DNA from: Camelus ferus
Taxonomy: Eukaryota
Direction of reading: 5' to 3'
DNA length: 64,000 nucleotides
Assembly: GCF_009834535.1 (NCBI RefSeq)
Contig: NC_045697.1
Location: 84,508,001 to 84,572,000, forward strand
A program made the translations under genes and the position numbers. Positions 37,311 to 49,889 of this stretch are shown in pieces. Each line of letters begins with the position of its first letter. The stretch's first letter is position 1. The notes under the pieces were generated by a model. It worked only from the letters and a program-made list of their open reading frames with translations. It had not been told where the DNA came from and did not search any database.

Positions 37311-39714
37311 ATTTGTGTATTCTCACTTACTTGCTAAAAAGAGAGAGTGGCAGATCCTGAGACCAGCTCCTACTCAATACCTGCTTGTGTGAAGTTTTCA
37401 GCTTCTCCCACTTCTTGAGAGTTTTCTTTAGCTCTCCCTAGCAGAATTTTTTTTTAATAGAAAGCATTTCAACCATAATAAGTTCACAGTACCACACACT
37501 TTAAACACATAGCCCCCAGAAAGCACCCATAGACTAAAAGTATCTACTTTGTGGGCTCTAGTTGGAATTTCCCTTTGTTTTCCCTCCAAAAATCTTCCAT
37601 TCTCTTTTGAAACATTGGTCTAGGGGAAAACTGAATATTCAATATATTTTACTGAACCTCAAGTCAGTAATAACATGGATTTAAATACTTTCAATTATGG
37701 ATACTGGAGCTACAACATAATATGTGAAGCACCGTCCTAGGCACTGCAGTGACTTTTAATCCTGATATCACAGGAGTACTAACACTTTATACTGCCATCT
37801 AGACAAAATTGATACTTTTACTAATGGCTCTTTAAAATTTATATTACTCTTACTTAAAATAATTTCCAGTAAAACTGTTTAAAAACTAAAACTGATAATG
37901 CTCTAGTCAATATTAACTCATTTATGACATGCATATTGTAAAGGACTTTTAAAGATGGCCACTGAATATGCTAGAACAATTAAAGTAGGAAATTTATGTT
38001 ACTCCTTCCTAATTTACCCTCATGACCTCATTTAAAAGAGTACTTACTATTAGGCTTCAAAAAAAAAGTCTGAGTCTTCTTATTGGGTGCAATGAAAAGA
38101 AGGAAAAATAAATGCACACCAAATCTCCTAATTTTGCACCTCTGGTCCTGGGGAGGATATTTTCATAAATTAAGCTTAATTTACTGGGATAGATGGAAAT
38201 GGTGGTGGATGCAGTATTAGTGATTGCAGCTGCATCCTTGCCAAGGATCCGTGTTCCAACAGAAGCCAAAAGGGTGAGATGAGTCTGCTGTGCCCTCTGA
38301 GTAAACAGGACACACACTTGGGTAGGTCTTCTTTGACCAGGCCTCAGTTCTCCTTCAGTGATTGCTTCTTTGCTTCTATAATCAGGAGTGGAGGCTTGCT
38401 CTTGGCTGGTCTGTCTTCTTCATGGCTGCTTCATTAAAAGAAGAAATTCCATTTCTCTCAAGACCTACCCTTCACAAGTTAGGTTTCTAATACTGTGGCC
38501 CAATTGGGAAATAAAGCTTAGAAACTGTTGGAACCAAAACATTCTTGGAGTCAGATCAGCTATCTTCAGCATAAAGTTGTTATTTTTTTATTATGAATTT
38601 TTGAACACATTTGATATTTATTTTCCTATTCTTACTTCCAAAAGTGAGATAATTATAAAAGAAACCTTAAGTAGTTCTCTATACATTTGTTTTTTTCTTA
38701 ATTGCTTTTATCGTTGTAGCTGTGAGTTGAAACCACTTGAAATAGCATCAGTGACTATGTAGATCAAAACTTAGTAATCTCCATATCAAAGAGCAAATAT
38801 GTAGGAATATTTTCCTTTGAATGGATACCAAAAAAGAGGGAACTTCCAAGCTTTTTAAGATGTCTAAAGGGTGTATGTGAAGAAATTGTAGCTGATGAGA
38901 TAAAAATGGCTTTACCAAAGCCATCATTACAAGGATTTGGGGCCTGAAATAAATGCAGTAAATGGCCTTCTACTATCCTGCATGTACACACATGTGAAAT
39001 CTGGATTAATAGCGAAATACAAGAAAAATGAAGAAGGATACTTTATAGGGTGGTAACAAATAGCTTGAAGGTATATCTAACCTGGTAGTCAGATCTAGTC
39101 CTGTCAGTGCTGATTTTGTTTATAGCATTTGTGTCTCAGGTCACTTTTGCCACCAGCTGGTTAAATCACCTCTTGTTGGTCCTCCCTATTGACTCCCTTA
39201 GTTTTTAATTCTTGGAGTCTACTTCCTTATAGTGGCAATGCATCCTTCAAAGTATGGGACAGAGCAATTACTCTCCTGCACCCTCTTGGAGATACGGCCC
39301 TGAGGTTTAGTTTGATGTTCCCCTAACTTGAGAGAAGGTATACAGTTTTGCTGTCTGTAATTGAATATGTGATCTCTCTATTCTGCAGTCTCATCTCTTA
39401 CTTTGCTGATTAGTAGATTGTCCCTATAGACTCCGGATCAGTTAGGGGCTTCTTTCCTGTATCCTGCTTTATATTGTAGATACTCAAATCAATACAGTTG
39501 CATAAATATTTACAGAGCTAAATTCAAGACACTATGTGGAGTGTCACAGAGATCCTAACTAAGATGGGTAAAACAAAATCATTTGACCTCAAAGATTTTG
39601 CAATTTGGTAAATGATTTTAATTTCAAGTAAAGTTAGAGGGTTGGAAGATGAAGAAAAGTTCAATGGAGTGAGAAAACAATGTGTGAAATTTGCCTACCT
39701 GAAGAAAGGAGGTA

Positions 39715-39925
39715 GGAACAGTAATATGTACTGAGTTCCTTTGCTGGATTATCTCAGTTAAAGCTCAAACTATAACTTTGAGATAGTAATTATGTGCGTT
39801 TTACAGATTGTGAAACAGAAGATTTGAAAAATTAAGTAATTTTTCAACAATTTCACAGCTGATGAGTAGGGATTTGAGTACAGTGTGTCCAAAGCTCACA
39901 GTTCTTTTACCATGTTGTGCTACCT
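39715..39925 (-). mobile_element. MIR SINE
   Basis: ttttacagattgtgaaacagaag...aattaagtaattt...cacagct...gggatttga. Confidence 0.65.
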
Positions 39926-39979
39926 TTAAGTATCAGGAAGGAAAGAAAACCTTAAAAGGGAGAAAGCTCAGATCTTCTT

Positions 39980-40680
39980 TGGAGAGATCAGCAAGTTTGG
40001 CTGGAACATGTAGAAGTGGAGGGAAAGTATAGGAAATAGGACTGAGAATGTGTGCCAGGCCTGCATATTTAGAAGGATCTCGAATACCAGCGAGACAATG
40101 CTAAAGTGGTGGGCAGTGAGAACCTTTAAAAGTCTTAGAGCCACAGAGTGAATTGAGAGCTGTGGATAAGGAACAATAATCTGACCGCAGTGCCAGGGTG
40201 GACAGGAGAAGAGAAGACGCTGTTCCTCTCCCTCTCCTGTTATGGAGCTTCAGTTGAAAATAAGAAGGGCATAAACAAGGCAGAGGAAGTGAAGATCAGA
40301 GGAAAGAGAAAGCAAGAAATATTTTGGAGGTAGAATCTGCATGACTTGATGACTGCCAGAGTTTAAGGGATGAAGTAGAAAGAAGATTGAAAGTGACTCA
40401 GTTATTTTGAACATGAAGGTATGAAAAGAATTCCTACTACCCGCAAATCAGAAAAGGATCTCCTCTGGAAGAGAAAGGTGTTAAATTTGTTTCAGACAAG
40501 CTGAATTTATGATTCAGATAGGTCACCTAGGAAATGACAGCTAATGAACACCTGAGAATGTGAGTCTGATGCTCCTAAAAGAGACCTGGGATAAGGATTC
40601 AGATTTAGAGTCATCTGCATGGAAAGGCTGAGAAGTGAATAGGGGAAGATGCTTAGAAGAAAGGAACCTGGAAACTGATG
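39980..40680 (-). mobile_element. L2 relic
   Basis: attttggaggtagaatctgcatgacttgatgact; gatttagagtcatctgcat. Confidence 0.65.
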
Positions 40681-41840
40681 ACGATTAGAAGACAATTGAT
40701 TATTAACCTATCTCAAACAGTAGAGATGCTGCATCTGAATCAGTACTCTTCTAGATCCTGCAAAGGCAAAAATTTTCTCCCATACTTAAGGTTGTCAGCC
40801 ATTTTCTAAAATTATAGATTTCAAAGTGCACGTTTCAGTTGATATTTCTGCTTCATTATTTAGTCATCTTCTGAACCTCATCTTTTGCTGTCTCCTTTAA
40901 TAAAAATTATTACGCCAAGCATAAAAATGAGCCCTTTTGAGAGTAAAGCATGTTTAATATATATTTAATATTGAAGTTCATCAGAGATAATTAGACGTTA
41001 TGTTCTGATTTCTATCTACTGACTTCAAAGCACCTTAAACTTGTTTCAGCTTCTTGTTAGATTAAAGACTTGAAAAAAATATTTTTTACTCACTGACATT
41101 ATGAGCAAAGTATGGGATAGAAGTGATAAAAGAACAATAAGGAGCCATGGTAAAAACATCATAAGAATAATAAAAATATAGTTTACATAACCTTTTCTGT
41201 TTCTCCTTTTTATTTCTTTTTTAAAACCTGCTTTTCTCCTAAATATTTGGAGTCAGTGACATATGTTTTAAGAAATACAATTTTATAAAAAGTTATCAGA
41301 CATGTAATATAGAAGTGCTGATTTATATTTAAAGAGGAGTATTTGATTTATAAATTTATTTAATATTGCTGACTTGTGCATTTAAGCATTTATCAGCAGA
41401 TTTTAAATTATTTTATAGGGAGGGACAGGGTACTAAGACTTAAAACAGTCATACAGACCAGCTTTAATGGAAGATATTCTGGTCTACTGGTGTACAGCCT
41501 GATGTTTCTGAAGCTGTGCTAACTGTGCCAAAGCTTATGCCCTTTCCAGGTCTGTTCTCTAGCCTCTTCTCTCACCTTTGGCTTGCTTGGCTTGTCTGCA
41601 ACATTCCTTTTAGCAACTCCTCCTATTTCCACAATGAACATCTTTCTGAATTGTAGCTTTTAAGTTTGGCTCTAGCTGTTGGAATCTAGGTTCTCTTTTA
41701 ATTTAGGAATTTTATAGAATCCTAAAGTTGTAACCAGCTTTCTTCAGGGCTGGATCTTAGCTTTGGTTCAAGGTTTGCACCCCCATGTGGAGCTCATTCA
41801 GAATGACCCCGCAGAGGGAACTTAATTTCCTCATTCCAAA

Positions 41841-42395
41841 TGTGGGGAAGGGAAAAAAATCTTTTTCCTCTACCAGTCTTGTGTTCTCTGACTTGGGCCC
41901 TACACTAACAAAAGACAGGTTAACAAGAGAAAAACAAATAGAAGTTTATTAACATGTGCATTGTGCATATATACACAGGAGCACTCAGCAAAGAGTATCT
42001 TAAAGGGGTGGTTAGAACTTGGGCTGATAATAGCACCTTAAAAGAAGAATACATCTTTAGAGAAGTGACAAGGCAAAGGAAGAGAACTTTGAGCTTCTAG
42101 GGGTAGCAAATTGTAGGAAGGGAAATATATGGGGAAACTAATGGTAGATAAGAGCCAATTTTAGCAAGATTTGTTAGGTGGATTCTTCTGGTGCCATCTC
42201 TAAGCTGATAAGGGTCGATAGTTGTCTCCAGTGATTAACTGCTCTCCTTTTTGGTAGAGAATTAATGTGCTGCTTTTAGACAAACAGTGGGAGGGCAGAG
42301 CTTCTCTTGCATTTGCTTTTTCTCAATTGCTTTCACCTCAAAATAATCCTATGCCAAAGTGACATGTTTTGGGGGTGGCAGTCTGCTACCCTTCA
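41841..42395 (-). mobile_element. ERV1 solo LTR, MER34-family
   Basis: TG...CA termini; aaaagacaggttaacaagagaaaa...ctcaaaataatcctatgccaaagtgacatgttttggggg; 4-bp flanks caaa/cgaa are consistent with a TSD that underwent CpG decay. Confidence 0.85.
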
Positions 42396-42533
42396 CGAAC
42401 TTTCAGCTAGGACTTAAAAATTACTGCTAGTTGAACATATATCATAAAATAAAATGCATCAGAACTATCTGTGAGTTAATGGGAAGTTCAGATTTGATCA
42501 CATTACTTTTATTCACATTCAGCTCCAAGAGTA

Positions 42534-43220
42534 CAGTGATTCCTTGTCTTGAGAAGAATCACCTGGGGGTGTTTGGCCATGTAACCTAGGTCTCTCCTTG
42601 GAGATTCCAATTCAGTGGATTTGGAATGGGGCCTGTGATTTTATATTTTTAACTGGAACACCAGATCCTTGCTACTCAATATGTGGGCCATATACCAACA
42701 ATATTGGCATCATCTGAGAGCTTGTTAGAAATGCAGACTCTGGGAACCCACCCCAGACTTGCTAAATTAGAATTTGTATTTAATAAGAACCCCAGCTATT
42801 CATGAGTTTGAGAGGCACTGCTCTAAATCATTGGTTCTCAAAGGATAGTTCTAGACCAGCAGTAGTAACATCACCAGAGAACTTGTTGGAATTGCAAGTT
42901 CTCAGACCCTATCCCAGGTCTACTGAATGAGAAACTGTAAGGGTGGAGCCTAGCAATCTGTGAGCCCACCAGGTGATTCTAATGCATACTGAAGTTTGAG
43001 AACCATTGCTTAACATGATTCTTATCATTGGGAAATATGGGAACACGTGATCTAACCCCACAAGGGGTGTATGAATCAGGAGTCTCAACTTTGTACATTA
43101 GAATCACTTTTTAAAAATGGCAAACCATGTGACCACAAATTTAATTAGAATATCTAGGATGTGGATTTTAAAAATGTTTTTAAATGATTTTAATGTCCAC
43201 CTTGGGTTGAAAGATGAGTG
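42534..43220. mobile_element. Nested MER5 cluster: a MER5B-like element interrupted by MER5A1-like (42667-42820) and MER5A-like (42829-43008) copies, plus another MER5B-like copy (~43078-43220)
   Basis: Termini ccttgctactcaa...tttgagaggcactg and cattggttctcaaa...tttgagaaccattg; gaatcacctggg and aggtgattctaatgc cores. Confidence 0.75.
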
Positions 43221-43406
43221 TTAATTCATTGACAAATCCACTGGCCAGTGCTAGAAATAAACAGGCTTCCAGCATCCTTTCACTTTGTATTGTCGTTAGT
43301 GCTAGGCTCTCAGTGGGATTGAGTCCAAAGATAAATATAACATGATTCCTACCCTCAGAAGAGACAGAAAAATACATGAACATTTAATTAAAACTAATTA
43401 ATTAGA

Positions 43407-43770
43407 GTAGCATTTCTCAAAAAAATTTTGATATAAAGGCTTAACTCCTAAAAATTATCAAGGATCCCAAAGAATTTTATTTGTATAGCTAATATCTATT
43501 AGTATTTACCATATTAGAAATTAAAACTGAAAAAATTTAAAATACAAACATCCAATAATAATGCATTCCTTCAGCTGTCAGAATGATAATCTTATCCCAT
43601 GTTCTCATGTTGTGTAGCCTCTGGAAAACTCAGCTGTATGTACACTTGTTAGAAAATGAGAATGAAAAAAGCAAATAATGTCTTAGCATTATTTAAAAAA
43701 CATTCTTGACTTTGTGAAGCCTCTGAAAGGGTCTTGAGGATTCCCCAGAATGCCATGGAGATACAGAGAG
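43407..43770. mobile_element. Charlie1-derived MITE (MER106-like)
   Basis: Shares its 5' part with 33701-34300 (aaaaattatcaaggatcccaaaga...tattagaaattaaaactga) and ends near ctgaaagggtcttgaggattcccc. Confidence 0.75.
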
Positions 43771-43945
43771 GGAGAGCAATTTATATCAGCTAGTGCTAAA
43801 AATTATTAATTTTACCATACCACATTGTTAATATTAGTCTCCATTAGTTAATATTGAGTCTATATTATAATAAAAAACAAATAAAAAAATAAATAGCAAT
43901 ACTAGTTTTTCCAGTCAGTTCAGTTCATGAAATGAAGGCATTCCC

Positions 43946-43961
43946 CTGCCACCTGGTGGCA
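43946..43961 (-). promoter_or_regulatory. Candidate CTCF binding site
   Basis: The minus strand reads TGCCACCAGGTGGCAG, a near-consensus CTCF core motif, in non-repetitive AT-rich sequence. Confidence 0.6.
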
Positions 43962-45182
43962 ATGTATTCTAATTAGTATTTGGAGAGGTTTTTGAATGGT
44001 GCACAATTACAGTATACCTTAATTGAGATTTAGAGTTTTTGAATGTGGAGTCTATCCTTCAAATGTTGTAAAATTATACTTGGAACCTCTGAAACCTGCC
44101 AACCTACACCAAACAGTTCCTCAATGCAATAAAAGCAACTAAGTTAAAATTCAACTATGTTTTAAAGAATCAGTAGTTATGCAGGATTTCACAGGGCTTT
44201 GAATATAGTTGGTGCTGAATATTTCAGGGTGACAAAAAGAGGAGCTTTCTTTGTTTTTCTCTAACACCTGCTCTCATTGCCTAGAAGAAAAGAGAGACAG
44301 TAAGAAAGGTCAGTGACCCCTACACATTCAGGTTTTGTGGACTCAGTCTAGGAGAGTAGGAATATACCTATAAAAGATCAATATAATGGGGTCACTGATT
44401 TACACTCCATTCAGGCAAGTTCCTGAGGAATGCATGTTGCTGTAGCAAGTGAATCATTTTTGCACATGGATGCCTGGGAGATAAGGGGGTGGTTGTTGGA
44501 AGGTCAAAAGAACTTCAAGCCTGAGAAATAAGGTAGGTTGATAAGGATTTAACTAAGGCTACCCCCTTTTTTTAGTTTAAAACATTATGTTCATTATATT
44601 TTATTTTTCAACAGGACAATTAGAATAGATTTTATCCTTTTATTGAGCTAAGTTTGAGCTTTTGTGAATCAGCAACTTAATAATTCATGATTTTCATAAG
44701 CTTTTAGCATCCCTCCCAATGCTTAGAAGTACAATATAGCATAGTGCAACAGTTATCAACCTGGGAGTATTGGAAGACTTTCCAAGATACCTAAGCATGG
44801 ATAGCTTTAAAACAATAAATGTCCTGATACTTTCATGTGAAGTTTTCCACCAGAATTGATCCGTCAGAAAATTAATCTATGTTCACAGAAGCCCAAGTCT
44901 CATTTTAAAAAAGGATACACAAATTCCTCGTCTTATTTCTTACTAAGATGTATTGCCTGAAGAGTAAACCTTGTTGGGTATCCCACAAAGGGGTAGCCTC
45001 TGGCAGAGACTAATCATAGCACCATACACCTAGAGGGTTTTGAGTCTTTCCTGAATTTGCACATATTTCTGTTAGGTTAGGGCCTAATGGTAGAAACTGG
45101 TATTTTTGCCACTTGAGAATGAGGTGAATTCAGATATGTGGTATAAAGCGTAAGGAAGTAACATCAATTTTTATTTATACAG

Positions 45183-45312
45183 AGGGAAGGGTATGGCTCA
45201 AGTGGTAGAGCACATGCTTAGCACACACAAGGTCCTGGGTTCAATCCCCAGTACCCCCTCTAAAAATAAATAAATAAGTAAACCCCTCCCCCCAAAAATA
45301 GACATTAAAAAA
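45183..45312 (+). mobile_element. tRNA-derived SINE, camelid Vic-1-like
   Basis: Pol III A box tggctcaagtgg (45194-45205), B box ggttcaatccc (45238-45248), then aaaaataaataaat, a C-run and an A-tail; imperfect flanking repeats tttat..ataca. Confidence 0.85.
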
Positions 45313-46094
45313 ATTTATGCATACAACTTTGCTTCTTTCATTTCCTGACCATTTTCGAAGAATTCATGGCTTCCATGGAAGACTTCATTGAAGAAAGAAC
45401 ATTAGTAAAAAAAATATTAAATGCTTAAAAATGATCTTTTCTACATACTTAAATAATGGAAATCTTTTTCCACTCTTCTCAATATTATTCTCTGGTATCT
45501 GAAAGCACCTAACAACAGCCAAAAAAATATAGAGAAGGAAAAGTTTTTAAACAATGTAATTAGATGTTTTCTGGAAATATAAAAAATTTTTAAATATATT
45601 GGAAAAAAACTCCAAATAAAAATTTATAATGTTTCTTTCCGACAAAGTATATTGTTAACTAAGGTAATTAAAATCTGTTTCTTCAAGTCATGTCATGTAT
45701 GATTTATTCTAATTACCAGTAATCCTTATCTTGTTTGATAATAAAAACATTAGACATTTTCTGTGTTCTGTAAACAAAAGATAAAACTGTAAACTAGCTG
45801 TTGGACCAATTTCCTCCTGAAAGAAGCCAACACTATGACAAAACCAGGGGGTGAGGGGCAGGGGAAAAATTATTCTGACCCCACTCCTCACCCTCAGACT
45901 AAACACAAATGAAGATTAAAGGCCCTTGCAGGTCAACCTCCCAGGGTATAGAATAGAGTAAAAATTGGTAAAGTAGGGATGCAGAGGAAGATTTGGGGAA
46001 TATCCAGAAACTGAAAAAATGAATGACTCTAATGATTATATACCTTAGCATGGGTCCTTTAGAAAGTGAATCTGAAGGCAAAGAGTAAAAGACT

Positions 46095-46510
46095 TTTTGG
46101 GGGGCAGTTGTCCACGGTGTTTCTACACATCTGTGGCAGCCTCTATCCCAGGTTATGTTTTTAAGGATGGAAGCTAGGAATACTGTCACAATAATAAAGA
46201 TAATATTCCCCTGTGGGGGAGAAGGTTGGGCAGACTTGCTAGCAGCTCCTCCAAAATACTGAGGATTCCCAAGCTTGTAGTTTTTCAGCTGTAACACAAG
46301 TGTACTGTGTGCACAATACCCCTCTGTGATTTGCTTGGTAAGGGAGACAGTATAACCATAAAGCTCACATTGCCTACTGTGCTGTAAGTAACAAATCCTT
46401 TGTGTCTGACCACGGAGCTCCTGTCTTCTCTCAGCATCTATGAAATTGCAGCAGGTTACTTATTAGCTTGCAAGCAAGATAAACTCTCAGACATCTCACA
46501 GTTCTTGACA
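46095..46510 (+). mobile_element. ERVL solo LTR, MER76-like
   Basis: ataataaagataatattcccc...cctttgtgtctgacc...ttagcttgcaagc...cacagttcttgaca; 5-bp flanks agact/ggact. Confidence 0.8.
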
Positions 46511-47091
46511 GGACTAACACTTTACTAGGGAGGTAGAAGCCTAAGACAGTGAAGATAAAAGAAGAGGAGAAATGGGGCAAGGAAATGTGTGTTGCTATAC
46601 TGGTTACCATAAAGAACCACAAAGGAGACATTAGCAGTCACAGTTCACTCTGTAGTTTAGATTTTTCTGAAAAGAGTGAAAGAAGGAACTTCAATTCAAA
46701 GTAGACCATAAGAAAAAGTCAAAGGTCGGGGACATTTTTTCCTTGACCTCCTCCCATATCCTCTTCCCTTTGATCAGGGTTTACTCACATAATGATCTAA
46801 CTTTTTGGCTGAATCTTGGCGGCTGCTCAGAAAACTGAGTCCCATGCCTTGAAGGGTAATATTTCATCCAAATATGAATGAGGATTAACTTTATGTAAGT
46901 AAAGTGCTGACATAGAAAGGAGAAGGTGGACAGAATTTGAGAAGGTATATAAGATTTATATTTCAGTATAATAGGTAAAAAAAATTTGCATATCAAACTT
47001 TATGCTTTCCATAAAACTGAATGGTAACCTAATTGAGTTTTTAGCTTATTTCTTAAAAGAAAAGAGCCCATTAGTTATAGATGATGTGATT

Positions 47092-47928
47092 TTTTTAATT
47101 GAAGTATAGTCAGTTTACAATGTTGTGTCAGTTTCTGGTGTACAGCATAATAGTTCAATCATACATATACATACATATATTTGTTTTCACATTCTCCTTC
47201 ATTATAGGGTACTACAATACATTGAATATAGTTCCCTGTGCTGTACAGTATAAACTTATCTATTTTGTATATAGTAGTTAGTATCTCCAAATCTCAAACT
47301 CCCAATTTATCCCTTCCTACCCTTTTTGCCCACCAGTAACCATAAGTTTATTTTTTATGACTGTGAATGAGTCTGTTTCTGTTTTGTAAATAAGTTCATT
47401 TGTGTCCTTTTTTTTTTTTAAGATTCCATATATAAGTGATATCACATGGTATTTTTTTTTCTCTTTCTGGCTTATTTAACTTAGAATGATGATCTATAGT
47501 TCCATCTGTGTTGTAGCAAATGGCACTATTTCATTCTTTTTTATTCTTGAGTATTATTCTGTTTTATACATATATAAATATAATATAATATAATATAATA
47601 TAATATAATATAATATAATATAATATAATATAATATAATATAATATATAATATATGTATAATCACAACTTCTTTATCCAGTCGTCTGTCAATGAACATTT
47701 AATTGTTTCCGTGTCTTGACTATTGTAAATAGTGCTGCTGTGAACATTGGGGTGCATGTATCTTTTTTAATTAAGAGTTCTCTCCAGATATATGCCCAGG
47801 ATTGGGATTGCTGGATCATATGGTAAGTCTATTTTTAGTTTTTTGAGGAATCTCCATACTATTTTGCATAATGGCTGCACCAAACTACTTTCCCACCAGC
47901 AGTGTAGGAGGGTTCTCTGTTTTCCACT
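47092..47928 (-). mobile_element. 5'-truncated L1 3' end, camelid-type
   Basis: ttttttaattgaagtatagtcagtttacaatg...cccaccagcagtgtaggagggtt; flanking repeats atgtgattYtttt at ~47084 and 47929. Confidence 0.92.
47576..47646. repeat. (TAATA)n pentanucleotide microsatellite inside L1
   Basis: About 14 uninterrupted units seen directly. Confidence 0.95.
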
Positions 47929-47939
47929 ATGTGATTCTT

Positions 47940-48070
47940 TTTTCTTTTTTGATCGTGAAACTGGAAGGAGTTCAAAGAAATGTGAGTCAATGTTCTAACA
48001 AAAAACTTCCATTTCTATCTACTTATTTGTGTGAACTAAGTTATTTAGTACTTCCAATTATAAAAGGTAT
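47940..48070 (+). mobile_element. Charlie-type transposase C-terminal relic
   Basis: ORF 47871-48095 contains KKLPFLSTYLCELSY, matching the hAT-Charlie LPFxSTYLCE motif. Confidence 0.65.
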
Positions 48071-48177
48071 TTATGTATCCACCGGTAGTAGATGACTAGA
48101 AGGCATTTGTAAGAGTATGGAGAAGAGAAGCAACAAATGGGTTGAAGTCATTAACTTGGGAGTAATGTGATTCTTTT

Positions 48178-49005
48178 CTTAAACATTATTTTGATAAGAA
48201 CACTTATGAGATCTGCTTTACAAAATTTTAAGTGCACGATACAGCACTGTTAACTATAGCGCTATGTTGTACAGCAGCTCCCTAGAATTTAATCGTATTG
48301 AATAACTAAACTTTATATCCATTGAGTAACATCTCCCCATTTCCCCCTCCACCTAGCCCCTGGCAACCACTATTCTACTCTCTGCTTATTTAACTATTTT
48401 AGATCTCTCATTAAGTGGAATCATGATCTGTCCTTCTGGCTTATTTCACTTAGCATAATATTCTCGAGGTTTATCCATGTTGTTGCATCTGGCAGAATTT
48501 CTTTCTTTTTTAAGGCTGAAAAATAATTCATATACATATATATACACACCACTTTTCTTGATCTGTTGATCTCTTGATAAATATTTAGGTTGTTTCTATA
48601 TCTTGGCTGTTACCTCTTCAAATTCTGATTTCAGTTCTTTTAAATATGTACCCAGGAGTGAGATTGCTGGATCATATTTGTAATTTTTTTGAGCAACCTT
48701 CATACTGTTTTCCGTAGTGGCTGTACTAGTTCATATTCCCACCAGTAGTGTACAAGGGTATCTATGTCTCCATATGCTCTCTGACACTTTTTGTTTGTTT
48801 GTTTTTGATAATAGCCATGGTAACAGGTGTGAAGTGGTATCTCACTGTGGTTTTGATTTGCATTTCCCTAATGATTAGTGATATTGAACATGTTTTCATA
48901 TACCTGTTGGTCATTTGTATGTCTTTTTCTGAGAAATGTCTGTTCCAAGTACTTTGCCCATTCTTTGTTTAGATTATTTGTAATTTTGCTATCAAGTTGT
49001 AGGAG
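48178..49005 (-). mobile_element. Older L1 (L1MA-like) 3' end
   Basis: aaattttaagtgcacgatacagcactgttaactatag...taacaggtgtgaagtggtatctcactgtggttttgatttgcatttcc. Confidence 0.9.
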
Positions 49006-49889
49006 TGGTGTAATCTGGTTCTGAGTAGTGGTTGAAGTTCCTTGGTGAAATCCCCAGGGACTGCAAAAGAGAGGAGAGCCAAAGGCCGTATCCAAGAGGC
49101 ACTCACATTTAAGAGGTAGATGAAGGAGGAAATCCAGTGAAGGACAGCGAGGCATTTCCCCTAATAGGGGAAAGTATTTTAATTTGAAATTTAGCAAGGA
49201 GACAATACCAGAATCAAGCAGTTGATTTAAATTTTTTTTTCGGTATTTCATATGTGTTGACCCCTTACAGGCAGTAGATAAAATATTCTTCAATTTCCTA
49301 ATTCTAAAGTAAAAGGTAATACTCATTTAAGATATCTTTAACTGTTTGTTTTGTGGAGGGTCTTTACTGTTTTTTTTTTTCTTTAAGTCTTTAATTACTT
49401 CTCTGTTGAGAGCCAAATTGTGATTGTGATTTCCTCTCTTGCTTCTGGATCTGTATTTAATAACTGAATGTCTGTAAACAGTACCAGGCAGTGTAGTAAT
49501 TATGCAATTACTAAAGGTCATTGTTGGTATGAGTATATTTCATTTAGATGCAAACTTTTACTGCTGTGTTACAGACACTTCAGAAATATACTGATCCACA
49601 CTAGAAATTACCATAGATTTATCACATGTTGATACCAGTGATTTAAAACTTGTCTTAAAATGTTTCTCTGTCATTTGCTCCCAAGATGATAGTAATTACA
49701 GCATGTGGTGGATGCTTGATCTAGCTCTTCTACCCCAACCTCTGTTTCAAGAAAGACTGTGCAGCCTAATCCTCTACTGCATAGACGTGTTTATTTTCGG
49801 ATGTAACAGAGCATGGACACAGCCTCAGAAGACCTGAAGTTAAAGTCTTGCTTCTTCTGCTTCTTAAATTTATACTCAGGCAAGTTGAT

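Noticed and set aside
45183..45256. Possible tRNA gene
   Set aside because: The acceptor and anticodon stems are imperfect and it continues into a SINE tail; it is a tRNA-derived SINE.
48165..48177. Third copy of atgtgattctttt, resembling the 47092-47928 L1 TSD
   Set aside because: Probably coincidental, since L1 target sites share T-rich composition; this L1 has its own degenerate flank match near 49001-49016.
48868..49326. 152-aa minus-strand ORF
   Set aside because: It runs from unique DNA into an out-of-frame L1 fragment; no recognisable protein.
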